From assembly GCA_038060635.1 (NCBI GenBank), contig JBBTGK010000209.1, positions 1-39,311 of the forward strand: DNA of 39,311 bases, in the 5' to 3' direction. The notes beneath the pieces were generated by a model. It searched no databases, was not told the DNA's origin, and saw only the letters and a program-made list of their open reading frames with translations. The position numbers and the translations under genes are program-made. This stretch comes from Cyanobacteriota bacterium. GTDB lineage: Bacteria; Cyanobacteriota; Sericytochromatia; UBA7694; JACMQJ01. Positions 29,244 to 39,210 of the stretch are shown here, in pieces. Positions within the stretch are counted from its first letter, which is position 1; each line of letters starts with the position of its first letter.

Positions 29244-29344
29244 TTTAGCCACGGATTTCACGAATAACACAGATAACATCTATTATGACATACTGTCGTG
29301 GAAAAAAATTAATATCTGTGAAATCTGTGAAATCTGTGGCTAAA
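29244..29344. repeat. MITE/REP-like 101-bp inverted-repeat element built from CACAGAT units
   Basis: Left arm TTTAGCCACGGATTTCACGAATAACACAGATA pairs with right arm TATCTGTGAAATCTGTGAAATCTGTGGCTAAA. Confidence 0.75.
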
Positions 29345-29478
29345 TAAAAAAATATAAAATTAAAATAACATTAATTTTTGTTAAAATATCCTCTAATACC
29401 ATATTAAAATTTGCAAGTTTTTATAAAAATTCTCTAAAATATAGTAATGCTTTCTAGGTTTTATTTTGGGAGTTTTTA

Positions 29479-30690
29479 ATGTTTAATAAAATAAAAGTTA
29501 CATTACCAATATTGCTTACTTTATCTGTTTTTGTTTCTTCTTGTGCTACCAAAATTACTGAAGATTTATCAGATCCTAGTGTAAGTGCTTTTGCAACAGG
29601 AACTATAGAAGATGTTGATACAACTTATGTAGAAAGCTTTGTTACAAACTCTTTAAGAACTACTTTTAATGAGTATGATAAAAATAAAAATGGTTTTATA
29701 GAATCTCAAGAGCTTTCTCAAGCTCCTCTTTCTTTTAAAAAACTAGATAGAAATAATGATAATAGATTGAGCTTTGATGAAGCTAAATATTCTAATGATG
29801 AAATAAAAAAAATGTCTCAAAGAATTTATTCTTTTTACTCAGGAATGTTTAAATCAATGGATTCAAATAAAAATGGTTCATTATCTACTACTGAAATGTC
29901 TCAAAACCCAGAATTTAAAGCAATCCTTGAACTTAATGCGTATAACAATTTAAAAAATACTACTTTAAAAAACTCTTCTACTTCATCTATATCAATGAAT
30001 GAATTTTCTATTTTTATGAATTCTTCTCTTATTGAAATTCAGAAAAAAAATACCAATCTTTTAAACTCTTCTCCTAAAAATGCTTTAAATAAAAAGTTAC
30101 CAGTTATTCTTGTTCAAGGATATGCTGAACCAAGTTGGTATTTTATGTATGGAATATACAGAAATCTTAAAAAAAGTGGATGGGATTCTGTTTATACTGT
30201 GAATCTTTTTCCTAATATTTCTGATATAAAAGAACAAGCTAAAACTGTTGCAAACAAAATTGAACAAGCTAAAAAAGAACAAGGTGTTTCTAAAGTTGAT
30301 TATGTAGCTCATAGTATGGGCGGTCTTATTGGAAGATATTACATTCAAGAAATGAATGGAGCAAATAGTATCAATCATTTTGTTTCTGTTGCTACTCCTC
30401 ATTATGGTACTTATATTGCATGGGCTGGACCTGGCGATGGAGCAAAACAAATGAGACCTGGTAGTGATTTTCTTTCAAGATTGAATTCTGGAAATCCTAT
30501 ATATGGTGGTATAAGCTATACTTCTATTTGGACAAAAACTGATGAAATTGTTATTCCAGCAGAAAATGCTCTTTTACAAGGTTCAAAACAAATGCCTCCT
30601 ATTAGTTCTGTAGGTCATTTTTTGATTCTTTGGAGTGAAACCACATATAAACAGATAAAATCTGCATTGAATGATGAAAATAATTCATAA
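29479..30690 (+). CDS. Lipoprotein: EF-hand domain fused to an alpha/beta-hydrolase lipase
   Basis: Lipobox VSSC; EF loops DKNKNGFIESQE, DRNNDNRLSFDE, DSNKNGSLSTTE; AHSMGG nucleophile, TPHYGT, DEIV, GH. Confidence 0.88.
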   Translation: MFNKIKVTLPILLTLSVFVSSCATKITEDLSDPSVSAFATGTIEDVDTTYVESFVTNSLRTTFNEYDKNKNGFIESQELSQAPLSFKKLDRNNDNRLSFDEAKYSNDEIKKMSQRIYSFYSGMFKSMDSNKNGSLSTTEMSQNPEFKAILELNAYNNLKNTTLKNSSTSSISMNEFSIFMNSSLIEIQKKNTNLLNSSPKNALNKKLPVILVQGYAEPSWYFMYGIYRNLKKSGWDSVYTVNLFPNISDIKEQAKTVANKIEQAKKEQGVSKVDYVAHSMGGLIGRYYIQEMNGANSINHFVSVATPHYGTYIAWAGPGDGAKQMRPGSDFLSRLNSGNPIYGGISYTSIWTKTDEIVIPAENALLQGSKQMPPISSVGHFLILWSETTYKQIKSALNDENNS

Positions 30691-30732
30691 TTCATAAAAA
30701 TACTAATAATTAATTAAATATAAATACTTTAA

Positions 30733-32298
30733 ATGAAAAAAATAATCAAACTAGTTTCTGTTTCTATTTCTATGACTTTTATTTTCTCTTGTTCTACTTC
30801 TGTAAAAATGAAGTTATTGAAGCCTTCTGAAGTTAATTTAGGAAAAAGAAAAAGAATCGCTGTTCTTAATTTTAAAACAATAAATAATATTGATGGTTAT
30901 AACAGAAGTATTGGTAATAATATTTCTGATAAAATTATAGCTAAACTATTAGCTGAAGAAGGTTTTATTGTAGTAGAAAGAGAACGTATTTCTGCTTTAG
31001 TTTCTGAACAAGAATTATTATCTGCATCTGGTGCATTTAAATTAAATAGCTTATTGGGTGTAGAGGCTTTAATTACAGGTTCTTTGAATTGTGATATACA
31101 TGATAATAAAAATATTTCAAAAAAAGAATATAAATTTTCTGATGGTGTTTTATTAAGATATTCTGCTGGTCAAATTGATAGAAAAGCTTCTTTTTATCTA
31201 AATTATAAGGTTATAGATGCTCAAACAGGTCAAATTATTGCTACTAAACAAGATAAAAAATCTTTTGATTATTCAACATCTCAATTTCCATTAAAAGGTT
31301 ACGATAGAACTTTAATACGTCCTAATACTAATTCTAGTGTTTATAATGATCCTTTTAATAAAGATAAAAAAACAAGTACTAATAATGATCCATTTAATAA
31401 AAAACCTGCTGTTATAACAGAAGATCCTTTTAATAAACCGACTTCAACTCCAAAAATATATCCAGATACTTATTATTATGAAAAATTCTCTTTTTCAAGA
31501 TTTGAAGATCAAGATGATACTCTTACATCTCATTTTTCAGTTATTGATAAAGGTTTAGATAGTCTATCAAATAAAATTGTTTATCAAATAACTCCACATT
31601 ATGAAGAAAGTAGTATTCAAATAAAAGGTGGTAATGCTTCTATAATGAATGATGCTTCAAATCATGTTAATAAAGGTGATTGGAATCAAGCTATTACAAT
31701 ATGGAACTCTGTTATTAGTAATAATTTTGCTAATGATTCTTTTGCTACTAATGATAAAGCTTCTGCCTATTATAATGTTGGTGTTTATTATGAACTTTTA
31801 TCAGAACTTGATAATTCTTTAGCTTATTATAAAAAAGCTTATGAAATTTCTAATGATTCTTTTTATAATGATTCAATTAATAGAGTTTATCAAAGAAAAA
31901 ATGAAATTGCTCTTTTAGAACAACAAGGTTTAACTGATAGTATTTCCCCTGCTATAAAAAAAATAGATGTTCCTAGTGGTTCAAATAATTATTTTAATTC
32001 TGCTGCTAAATATCATTCTCAAGGTAATTTAGAGATGGCAATAAGTGAATATAATAAAGAAATACAATATAATCCTAATAATTTTAATGCTTATCATAAT
32101 TTAGGCGTTATTTATCATACCAAACAAGATTGGGAAAAAGCTGAATATTATTATTCTCAATCAATAAAATTAGATCCTAATGATCCTAACAAGCATTACA
32201 ATTTAGCTCTTATTTATAAAGTTAGAGGCAAAACTTCAGAATCTTCTTATGAAATGAAAAGAGCTTGTATTTTAGGTCTTAATCAAGCATGTAACTAG
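30733..32298 (+). CDS. Lipoprotein with CsgG-like N-terminal domain and TPR repeats
   Basis: Lipobox IFSC; RIAVLNF..FIVVERERI..EQ..LLGVEALITG; TPRs AYYNVGVYYE, AYHNLGVIY, HYNLALIY. Confidence 0.78.
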   Translation: MKKIIKLVSVSISMTFIFSCSTSVKMKLLKPSEVNLGKRKRIAVLNFKTINNIDGYNRSIGNNISDKIIAKLLAEEGFIVVERERISALVSEQELLSASGAFKLNSLLGVEALITGSLNCDIHDNKNISKKEYKFSDGVLLRYSAGQIDRKASFYLNYKVIDAQTGQIIATKQDKKSFDYSTSQFPLKGYDRTLIRPNTNSSVYNDPFNKDKKTSTNNDPFNKKPAVITEDPFNKPTSTPKIYPDTYYYEKFSFSRFEDQDDTLTSHFSVIDKGLDSLSNKIVYQITPHYEESSIQIKGGNASIMNDASNHVNKGDWNQAITIWNSVISNNFANDSFATNDKASAYYNVGVYYELLSELDNSLAYYKKAYEISNDSFYNDSINRVYQRKNEIALLEQQGLTDSISPAIKKIDVPSGSNNYFNSAAKYHSQGNLEMAISEYNKEIQYNPNNFNAYHNLGVIYHTKQDWEKAEYYYSQSIKLDPNDPNKHYNLALIYKVRGKTSESSYEMKRACILGLNQACN

Positions 32299-32303
32299 TT
32301 TTT

Positions 32304-33242
32304 ATGTTTGATAATATTGAAAAAATAAATATTAATGACTTTAAAATAGCTAGTGAAATACTAAAAATTCAAAAAGAATCTTATAAAATAGAAGCTGATT
32401 TATTAAATTATTATGATTTACCTCCATTAAAAGAAACTGAAGAAGATTTAATTCATTCTAAAGAAGAATTTTGGGTTTATAAAATTGAAAATAAAATTTG
32501 TGCTGTAATTTCTTTTATTTTAGAAAAAGAATTTTTAGATATTTATAGATTATTTGTTTCTCCAGAATATATAAATAAAGGTATTGCTAGTAAATTATTA
32601 AAAAAGATAGAAAAAGAATTTGATAAGGTTAGTTTTTTTAAAGTTCAAACAGGATTAAAAAATAAACCAGCTATAAATTTTTATAAAAAACATAATTTTA
32701 ATTTAATTGAAATAGAAAAAATAAATGATGATTTGGAAATTGCTAAATTTAGGAAATTTTTTATAAAAATAAGGAAAGCTAAAGAAGAAGAAGCTTCTGA
32801 AATAAAAGATTTATTATCTCTTGTTTGGGATGTTACCTATAAAAATATTATTCCTGAAGATGTTATTGAAGAAATTAAATCTGTTGGTCATAAAATAGAA
32901 AATTTAAAAACTCAAATACTAAATGAAAATGTAATTTTTAATATAGCAGAAGAAAATAATAAAATAGTTGGAATTTTGACAGCTAGTAAAAAAGATTCTA
33001 AATATCATTTAAAAAGACTCTATGTTTTACCAAATAATCAAAATAAAGGTATAGGAAAAAAACTTTTAGATACTTTAATTTTTACAGATGAAATAAATGA
33101 AATTGAATTAGAAGTAGAGCAAAAAAATGAAAATGCTATAAAATTTTATACAAAAGAAGGTTTTATTCAAACAGGTCAATATGTAGATACTATTTTAGAT
33201 TTTGAATTAAAAACATTTATAATGACTAAAAAAATAATTTAA
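32304..33242 (+). CDS. Tandem (two-domain) GNAT acetyltransferase
   Basis: Two acetyl-CoA motifs, LFVSPEYINKGIA..AINFYKK and LYVLPNNQNKGIG..AIKFYTKEGF. Confidence 0.88.
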   Translation: MFDNIEKININDFKIASEILKIQKESYKIEADLLNYYDLPPLKETEEDLIHSKEEFWVYKIENKICAVISFILEKEFLDIYRLFVSPEYINKGIASKLLKKIEKEFDKVSFFKVQTGLKNKPAINFYKKHNFNLIEIEKINDDLEIAKFRKFFIKIRKAKEEEASEIKDLLSLVWDVTYKNIIPEDVIEEIKSVGHKIENLKTQILNENVIFNIAEENNKIVGILTASKKDSKYHLKRLYVLPNNQNKGIGKKLLDTLIFTDEINEIELEVEQKNENAIKFYTKEGFIQTGQYVDTILDFELKTFIMTKKII

Positions 33243-33258
33243 AATTAATTAAAAAGAT

Positions 33259-33458
33259 AATAACAAAAACATTAGAGCAAAGAAAACTGAGGGGCGTAAA
33301 GTTTTACGCCCGAACTAGTATTATTTTGTCAGAGCGTAAATTTTCAAGAAAAAATAATAAAAGAAAAGAAAATAACAAAAATATTAGAGAAAATAAAACT
33401 GAGTCCTAATTAGGATTTTTTGTCAGGGTGTAAAATTTTACGCCTTTTTTGCTCTAAT
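33259..33458. repeat. Composite intergenic repeat with REP-like GGGCGTAAA/TTTACGCCC hairpins
   Basis: Two degenerate units (starts 33259 and 33371) sharing AATAACAAAAA..ATTAGAG..AAAACTGAG and TTTTGTCAG.G.GTAAA; lies between convergent genes. Confidence 0.65.
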
Positions 33459-33565
33459 AAAGACAAAATAAAGGAAATTAAACCTTAAATAATTTAATAA
33501 TATCTTTTATTTTAATTCTAACTTATTTAATCTTTAAATTCATATAAATATTTAGTTTAAAATAT

Positions 33566-35668
33566 TTATTCCTTAAAAATAAGCATCTCATCTTTTTTTA
33601 TTATTTTTATTTCTTTTTCAGAAGAATCAAAAAAAGTTGGCTTTACTTTACTAATAAAAAATTTATCATTATCTTTTTCTACTTCTACATTATAAAAAAC
33701 TCCTTGTTGATATACTTTTTCTTTCATATCTACAGCAGTTATAAGATTTCCACAACTATATAAGCATAAACTACTTTTATCTTCTGATATCTCATAAGGT
33801 TGAACAATATGTGAATGATGCCCATATAAAATATCAACTCCATTATCTTTTAAAATTTCAAAACATCTATTTTGTACATCTGATGGTAAGTATTCACATT
33901 CGTATCCCCAATGGTAAGATAAAACTAGTATATCAACTTGAGATTTATATTTTTTTATTAATTCAATAAATTTAGTTTGTTTTTTTAAATTTGATAAAAA
34001 ATCTTCTGGTTTTAAGGAAAGTATTTCTTCTGTTTTTCTCCAAAAAAGATTAGAGCCAAAAGTTGCTGAAAAGAAACCTATTTTTATATTTCTAATATTT
34101 TTTATAGTCAATTCAGATGTAATTAGATTAAAATTGTTATTTTTATACTTTTCTAAAGTATTTTTATATTTATCTATACCTAAATCTAAAGCATGATTAT
34201 TTGAAAAAGAAACTATATTAAAATTATTTTCTTCTAAAATAATAGAGTCAAAAAGAGATTTTCTAATATCATGGAACATAGTTTTTTCTGAATTATCACT
34301 AATTTGAACTCCTTCTAAATTAAGGCATCTAAAATCAGCTGTTTTTAAAAAATCTTTTATTTCTTTAGAAAAATAATAATCAATATTTGATGGACATAAA
34401 TCACCTGTAAAAATAAAACTTATTTTTTCTCCGTTTTTTTCAGAATTGTAATTTTTATAAGTAATTTCTTTTCCCATTTTATCTATAATAGGTTGTTCTG
34501 AAGAAATTTTTAGTGGATTAAAATGTTTATTTATTGTTTTATAAATGGTTATTCCTCCCATAACAGGAAAAAAATATTCAGATCTTATTTTGTTAGATGG
34601 TGATAATAAATATCTTATAAAAGGTAACGGGTAAATTATTAATAATGGAATAAGTCCATTTATTCCTAAAGTAGCATATAAAGAACCTAATACCATAAAA
34701 GGATCTGTAATAATACTATAAAAAGCAAATTCTCTTGCACTAGTTGATTTTTGATTAAAATTCATATATGCTACAAAGTTTAAACCAGAATGAAAAAATC
34801 CTGCAAAACAAAACCAATAAGGGTTTTTAGTTAATAAAAATAATACACCACAAAAAAACATCATAAGAGGGAAATATATTGCTATATATTCATTTTTAAA
34901 AAACTTACTTATATTAGCCGTTACAATTTGACCAATTATAAAAGTTATAGAAAAACTTAAAATTACATAATTTATATTTGTTCCACTTGGAAAGTAAGTC
35001 ATTAGATGAGATGATAAAAAAGTCATGAAAAAACCAAAAAAACATTTTAGTAAAAATAAAGAAGAAAATTTTTCAAACCATCTTTTATCTGAAAAAATAC
35101 CTTTTATTGATAAATTTAATTTTTCATCTTCTATCTCTTTTTTTTCTTTCATAAAAAATATTAGTATTGGAGAAAAAATAAAAAATAATCCAAAAGCAAA
35201 TAGACAGGATTTATAATCAAAAAAATTAATTATAAATGAAAGTAAAAAAGGTCCTATTACAAAACCCAAAGCAGTTATTGAACTAAACATAACTAATCTT
35301 TTTTCTGGAGAACCAACTTTTTCAAGATTTAAGATATTTGCAAAAAGAACTGGTGTTGTAAGACCAGCTGCCAGACCTTCCAAACCTCTTCCAATATTAA
35401 AACCTATTTTACCGTTGAAAAAAGACATAAAAATGAGTGATAAGCCAAAAAACATTTCATAAATAGCATAACTTTTTTTTGATTTGCTTAAAAAAGAATA
35501 TTTATAGATTAAAAATTGACCAATAAGAAGCCATAAAAAGTACATAGCAAATGGTAAAGCAGAATCAACACCTAGTTCTTTGTTTAGTATGGGAACAAAA
35601 CCGCTTGAAAAAACACCATGAAAAAAATTTACTATTAAAAACAGTGTTAAAAGTGTAAATTCATTCAT
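33566..35668 (-). CDS. MFS-like permease fused to a CapA/PGA_cap metallophosphatase-like domain
   Basis: About 350-aa polytopic region (GRGLEGLAAG, GFVIGPFL), then TGD, NLEG, NNHALD, HWGYE, GHHSH, YSCGN. Confidence 0.8.
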   Translation of the reverse strand: MNEFTLLTLFLIVNFFHGVFSSGFVPILNKELGVDSALPFAMYFLWLLIGQFLIYKYSFLSKSKKSYAIYEMFFGLSLIFMSFFNGKIGFNIGRGLEGLAAGLTTPVLFANILNLEKVGSPEKRLVMFSSITALGFVIGPFLLSFIINFFDYKSCLFAFGLFFIFSPILIFFMKEKKEIEDEKLNLSIKGIFSDKRWFEKFSSLFLLKCFFGFFMTFLSSHLMTYFPSGTNINYVILSFSITFIIGQIVTANISKFFKNEYIAIYFPLMMFFCGVLFLLTKNPYWFCFAGFFHSGLNFVAYMNFNQKSTSAREFAFYSIITDPFMVLGSLYATLGINGLIPLLIIYPLPFIRYLLSPSNKIRSEYFFPVMGGITIYKTINKHFNPLKISSEQPIIDKMGKEITYKNYNSEKNGEKISFIFTGDLCPSNIDYYFSKEIKDFLKTADFRCLNLEGVQISDNSEKTMFHDIRKSLFDSIILEENNFNIVSFSNNHALDLGIDKYKNTLEKYKNNNFNLITSELTIKNIRNIKIGFFSATFGSNLFWRKTEEILSLKPEDFLSNLKKQTKFIELIKKYKSQVDILVLSYHWGYECEYLPSDVQNRCFEILKDNGVDILYGHHSHIVQPYEISEDKSSLCLYSCGNLITAVDMKEKVYQQGVFYNVEVEKDNDKFFISKVKPTFFDSSEKEIKIIKKDEMLIFKE

Positions 35669-35688
35669 TAAAATTTCTTATCCTATTT

Positions 35689-38175
35689 TTATGTAGTATA
35701 TGTATTATCATTTACATAAATTTCATCAACAAAATTTTCATTACCTTTTTCATCAACTGTTCCCCATCTTCCATCTAATTTTACTTTAAAATAACCATTT
35801 TCAATGTCTTTTACTTTATCATATTTTACTGGTACAACAACTTTTCCTTTTTTATCTAAAAAACCATATCTATTATCTTTTTCTACCATTATGTAAGAAT
35901 TATAATTATATGAAACAATAGAATATTCTGAAACAAAAATTTCTTTTAAATTTTGATCTAAATAAATGGATTTTTTATCTAAAGAAAAAACTATTAAACT
36001 ATCAGAAAATACTACTTTTTCATCATATTTAGCTTCTAGAATAATCTTTCCATTTATATCTATAACACCATATTTTTTATTTAACCCAAATATAAATTTA
36101 TCTGGGAAAACTGTGTAATCTATTTCATCATATTTAGGTTCTAATGTTATATTTCTTTTTACATCAAAAAGTCCTATTTTATCGTTTATTCTAATTTTAA
36201 ATAAATCCTCGTTATATTCAATGGGAGAAATATCATCATACTTAGCCTTTATTATCTCTTTTCCTGATGAAAGATCTAAAAGACCTGTTCTTGTACCTAA
36301 TTTAAAAATAACAAAATTCTTATAAATAATAGAATTTGATATGTAATCATACTTAAAATCTATTATTATTTTATCATTATCATCAATAACACCAAGTTTT
36401 TTATTTAATTCTGATATAAAAATTCTTTCGTTATTTGTATTTTCAAGTCTATTATACAATTTTTCTTTTTTTACTGATGATAGTTCCTTTCCACTTTTAT
36501 CAAAAACAAAACTTGTATTACCTATTCTAGCATTTATATAATTTTCTTTATTTAATTCTAAATTTTCATATTCGATAGGTATTATTATTTCTCCTTTCAT
36601 GTTTATTAACCCAAATTTATTATTAATAGAAACTATAAAAAGATTTTCGTTATTTAATTGTTTTACTAATGAATATTTAGAACTTATTTTTAACATACTT
36701 TTTTCATCAATATTTATTGTAAAAAAATCATAGCTTGTTTCTGCTAAAAGTAAATCACCAATTTTTTCAATTGACTTATAAATGGGTTCTATAATAACAT
36801 TTCCTTTAAGGTCAATAATACCGTAAGGCTGTCTTCTAGCTTTAGAAATAATAATGTATTTATCCTTATATATTTTTCCCAAGTTAAAATCAGATTCTAT
36901 TAATTTTTTACCTGTTTTATCGAAAAGAAATTGTTTATTATTTTTATTTGTATAAAAATAGTTACTAGAATACTCATAAGAATCAGACAAATAAGTCTCA
37001 TAATAAAATAAGCCTTCATAAACAGGTTCAATAATAATTTTTCCAGTAGTATCAATAACACCATATAAACCACCTTCTATATATTCTATTGGTTCTACAA
37101 GACTACTTCCTTGAGTTTTTTTTGTTCCTCCAATATTAACAGAAATGAAATTATCTGTTAGAAAAGAAAAATGATCATATTTAGGTTCAGCAATTCTAGC
37201 TCCAGATTTATTAAGTAAACCAGTTTTACCATCTTTTTTTATAAGAAAATAACCTTCTTTATCAGGATAAGGATAAGTTATACTTTCTACAATTTTTAGG
37301 TTTTTATCAAATATAGTTTCTTTGCCTCCTAATTCTGCTATAAGATACTCATTATTTAGAACAGAAATGCTATTATACTTAGGTTCTAAAATTTCTTTTC
37401 CATTTAGATCAATTAAACCATGTGTAAATATATTATCTTTTTCATTTCTAGCAATAAGGAAATTAAAAATAGAGCTAAATTCATATAGATCTCTATATTT
37501 ATTTGAGATAATTTCTTCAGTATTTGCTTCTAAAAGAAAGCTTTTGTTATCTAATGTAGCTATAAAAACATTATTTCTTAATCCTGTTTCTTTTAAAAAA
37601 TCATATTTAGGAGATATTATTGGCTTTATATCAAAATCAATTGCACCATATTTCCCATTTATTTTAAATATTAAATAATTTTTAGGCGAATAATTTAAAA
37701 TTATCTGATCATAAATAAAATCAGTCATTTTTTTTAAATTTTCATCAAAAATAGCATCTTTTTTATTGTTTGTTAAAATAAATATATTTTTTACGTTATT
37801 TTTAAAAAAATAAATAAAATCAAATTTTTCTTCTGATATTTTTTTTCCAGAACCTTCAAATAAAAGCCATTTATCATCTATTTTTACTTGTATAAATTTA
37901 TTTTCAACGCTTTGTATTTCTTGATATATAGGAGGTATTATTTCTTTATTATCTTGATCTAAAAGACCTATTTTTCCATTTTTTTCAAAAGTAGAATAAG
38001 TTTTTAGGTTTACAAGTAAATTATTAATTGTCTTAATTTTTTCAGTTTTAATTGTATTGTCCGTTTTATTTACTTGAATTTCTTTTTTTAATGGAGGAAT
38101 ATTATTTTTGTCATTTACTTGGCATGAAAGTAATGTAAATAATAAAACAAATAAACTAGTTTGTATTTTTTTCAT
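35689..38175 (-). CDS. WG-repeat (KWG/WG_beta_rep) lipoprotein
   Basis: Lipobox LLSC; many KxGxID..GxxII.PxYD repeats. Confidence 0.9.
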   Translation of the reverse strand: MKKIQTSLFVLLFTLLSCQVNDKNNIPPLKKEIQVNKTDNTIKTEKIKTINNLLVNLKTYSTFEKNGKIGLLDQDNKEIIPPIYQEIQSVENKFIQVKIDDKWLLFEGSGKKISEEKFDFIYFFKNNVKNIFILTNNKKDAIFDENLKKMTDFIYDQIILNYSPKNYLIFKINGKYGAIDFDIKPIISPKYDFLKETGLRNNVFIATLDNKSFLLEANTEEIISNKYRDLYEFSSIFNFLIARNEKDNIFTHGLIDLNGKEILEPKYNSISVLNNEYLIAELGGKETIFDKNLKIVESITYPYPDKEGYFLIKKDGKTGLLNKSGARIAEPKYDHFSFLTDNFISVNIGGTKKTQGSSLVEPIEYIEGGLYGVIDTTGKIIIEPVYEGLFYYETYLSDSYEYSSNYFYTNKNNKQFLFDKTGKKLIESDFNLGKIYKDKYIIISKARRQPYGIIDLKGNVIIEPIYKSIEKIGDLLLAETSYDFFTINIDEKSMLKISSKYSLVKQLNNENLFIVSINNKFGLINMKGEIIIPIEYENLELNKENYINARIGNTSFVFDKSGKELSSVKKEKLYNRLENTNNERIFISELNKKLGVIDDNDKIIIDFKYDYISNSIIYKNFVIFKLGTRTGLLDLSSGKEIIKAKYDDISPIEYNEDLFKIRINDKIGLFDVKRNITLEPKYDEIDYTVFPDKFIFGLNKKYGVIDINGKIILEAKYDEKVVFSDSLIVFSLDKKSIYLDQNLKEIFVSEYSIVSYNYNSYIMVEKDNRYGFLDKKGKVVVPVKYDKVKDIENGYFKVKLDGRWGTVDEKGNENFVDEIYVNDNTYTT
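35704..35858. repeat. 155-bp exact direct repeat, copy 1 (3' end of the WG gene)
   Basis: Identical by eye to 38275..38429. Confidence 0.9.
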
Positions 38176-38183
38176 TTCTTCAC

Positions 38184-38215
38184 TATACCCGTATTTATAC
38201 CTGAATATACCCGAA
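38184..38215. repeat. Three ~10-bp direct repeats (TATACC[C/T]G[T/A]A) just upstream of the WG lipoprotein start
   Basis: TATACCCGTA 38184, TATACCTGAA 38196, TATACCCGAA 38206. Confidence 0.5.
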
Positions 38216-38259
38216 TAATTTTAACATAAAATAATTTTTTAGATTTTTTTATCCTATTT

Positions 38260-39210
38260 TTAGTAACTATATGGATTATCATTTACATAAATTTCATCAA
38301 CAAAATTTTCATTACCTTTTTCATCAACTGTTCCCCATCTTCCATCTAATTTTACTTTAAAATAACCATTTTCAATGTCTTTTACTTTATCATATTTTAC
38401 TGGTACAACAACTTTTCCTTTTTTATCTATAAAACCAAATTTATTATCTTTTTGTACCATTAAGTAAGATATATTACTATAATTATATGGTATAAACGCA
38501 TTGTATTCTGAAGTAAAAACAACTTCTAAATTCTTATTTAAATAAAGAAATTTGTTATCTATAGAAAAAGTAGTTAAATCAGAATAAAAAGAGGATATAA
38601 AATCATAAATAGGTTCAATAATTATTTTTTTATTAATATCAATAACTCCAAATTTATCATTTTTTTGAAATACAAATTTATTTTCTAAATTTAATGAAAA
38701 AAGTATTTTATAATTAATATCTAATAAAAACTCACCTTTATAATTTACTAATCCAAATTTATCATCTAATTTAACTATAAATAAATTACCATCATTTTTA
38801 GCTATAAATAAATTATCATCACTGCTTTTAATTTCATCATAAATTACAGGTAATATTTCTTTATTATTTTGATCAATAATTCCAAATTTATTATTTAATT
38901 CTGTTATAAATATGCCATCTTTGCTTGTTTTTGAAATTCTATTATACAATTTCCCTTTTCCATTTTTATCAAAAACAAAATTTGTATTGTTTATTTTTGC
39001 ATCTATATAACCATTGAAATCTAATTCTAATCCTTCATATTCGATAGGTATTATTATTTCATCTTTCATATTTATTAAACCAAATTTATTGTTAAGGGAA
39101 ACAATTAAAAGATCTTCATTATTTATTTTTTTTACTGAAGAATACTTTGATCTTAAATTTAAAATATTTTTTTCTTCAGTATTTACTATAGATAAATTAT
39201 TTATAGACAT
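38260..39210 (-). CDS. WG-repeat protein, N-terminally truncated paralog (possible pseudogene)
   Basis: Colinear with the C-terminal ~330 aa of 35689..38175. In-frame homology (VIKPIYKSIEE) continues upstream of the ATG and then meets a stop. No signal peptide. Confidence 0.7.
   Translation of the reverse strand: MSINNLSIVNTEEKNILNLRSKYSSVKKINNEDLLIVSLNNKFGLINMKDEIIIPIEYEGLELDFNGYIDAKINNTNFVFDKNGKGKLYNRISKTSKDGIFITELNNKFGIIDQNNKEILPVIYDEIKSSDDNLFIAKNDGNLFIVKLDDKFGLVNYKGEFLLDINYKILFSLNLENKFVFQKNDKFGVIDINKKIIIEPIYDFISSFYSDLTTFSIDNKFLYLNKNLEVVFTSEYNAFIPYNYSNISYLMVQKDNKFGFIDKKGKVVVPVKYDKVKDIENGYFKVKLDGRWGTVDEKGNENFVDEIYVNDNPYSY
38275..38429. repeat. 155-bp exact direct repeat, copy 2
   Basis: Identical by eye to 35704..35858. 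Confidence 0.9.

Noticed and set aside
35689-38430. DGR template/variable repeat pair
   Set aside because: The A-rich 155-bp copies show no adenine-specific mismatches, both are coding 3' ends, and no reverse transcriptase is present in the window
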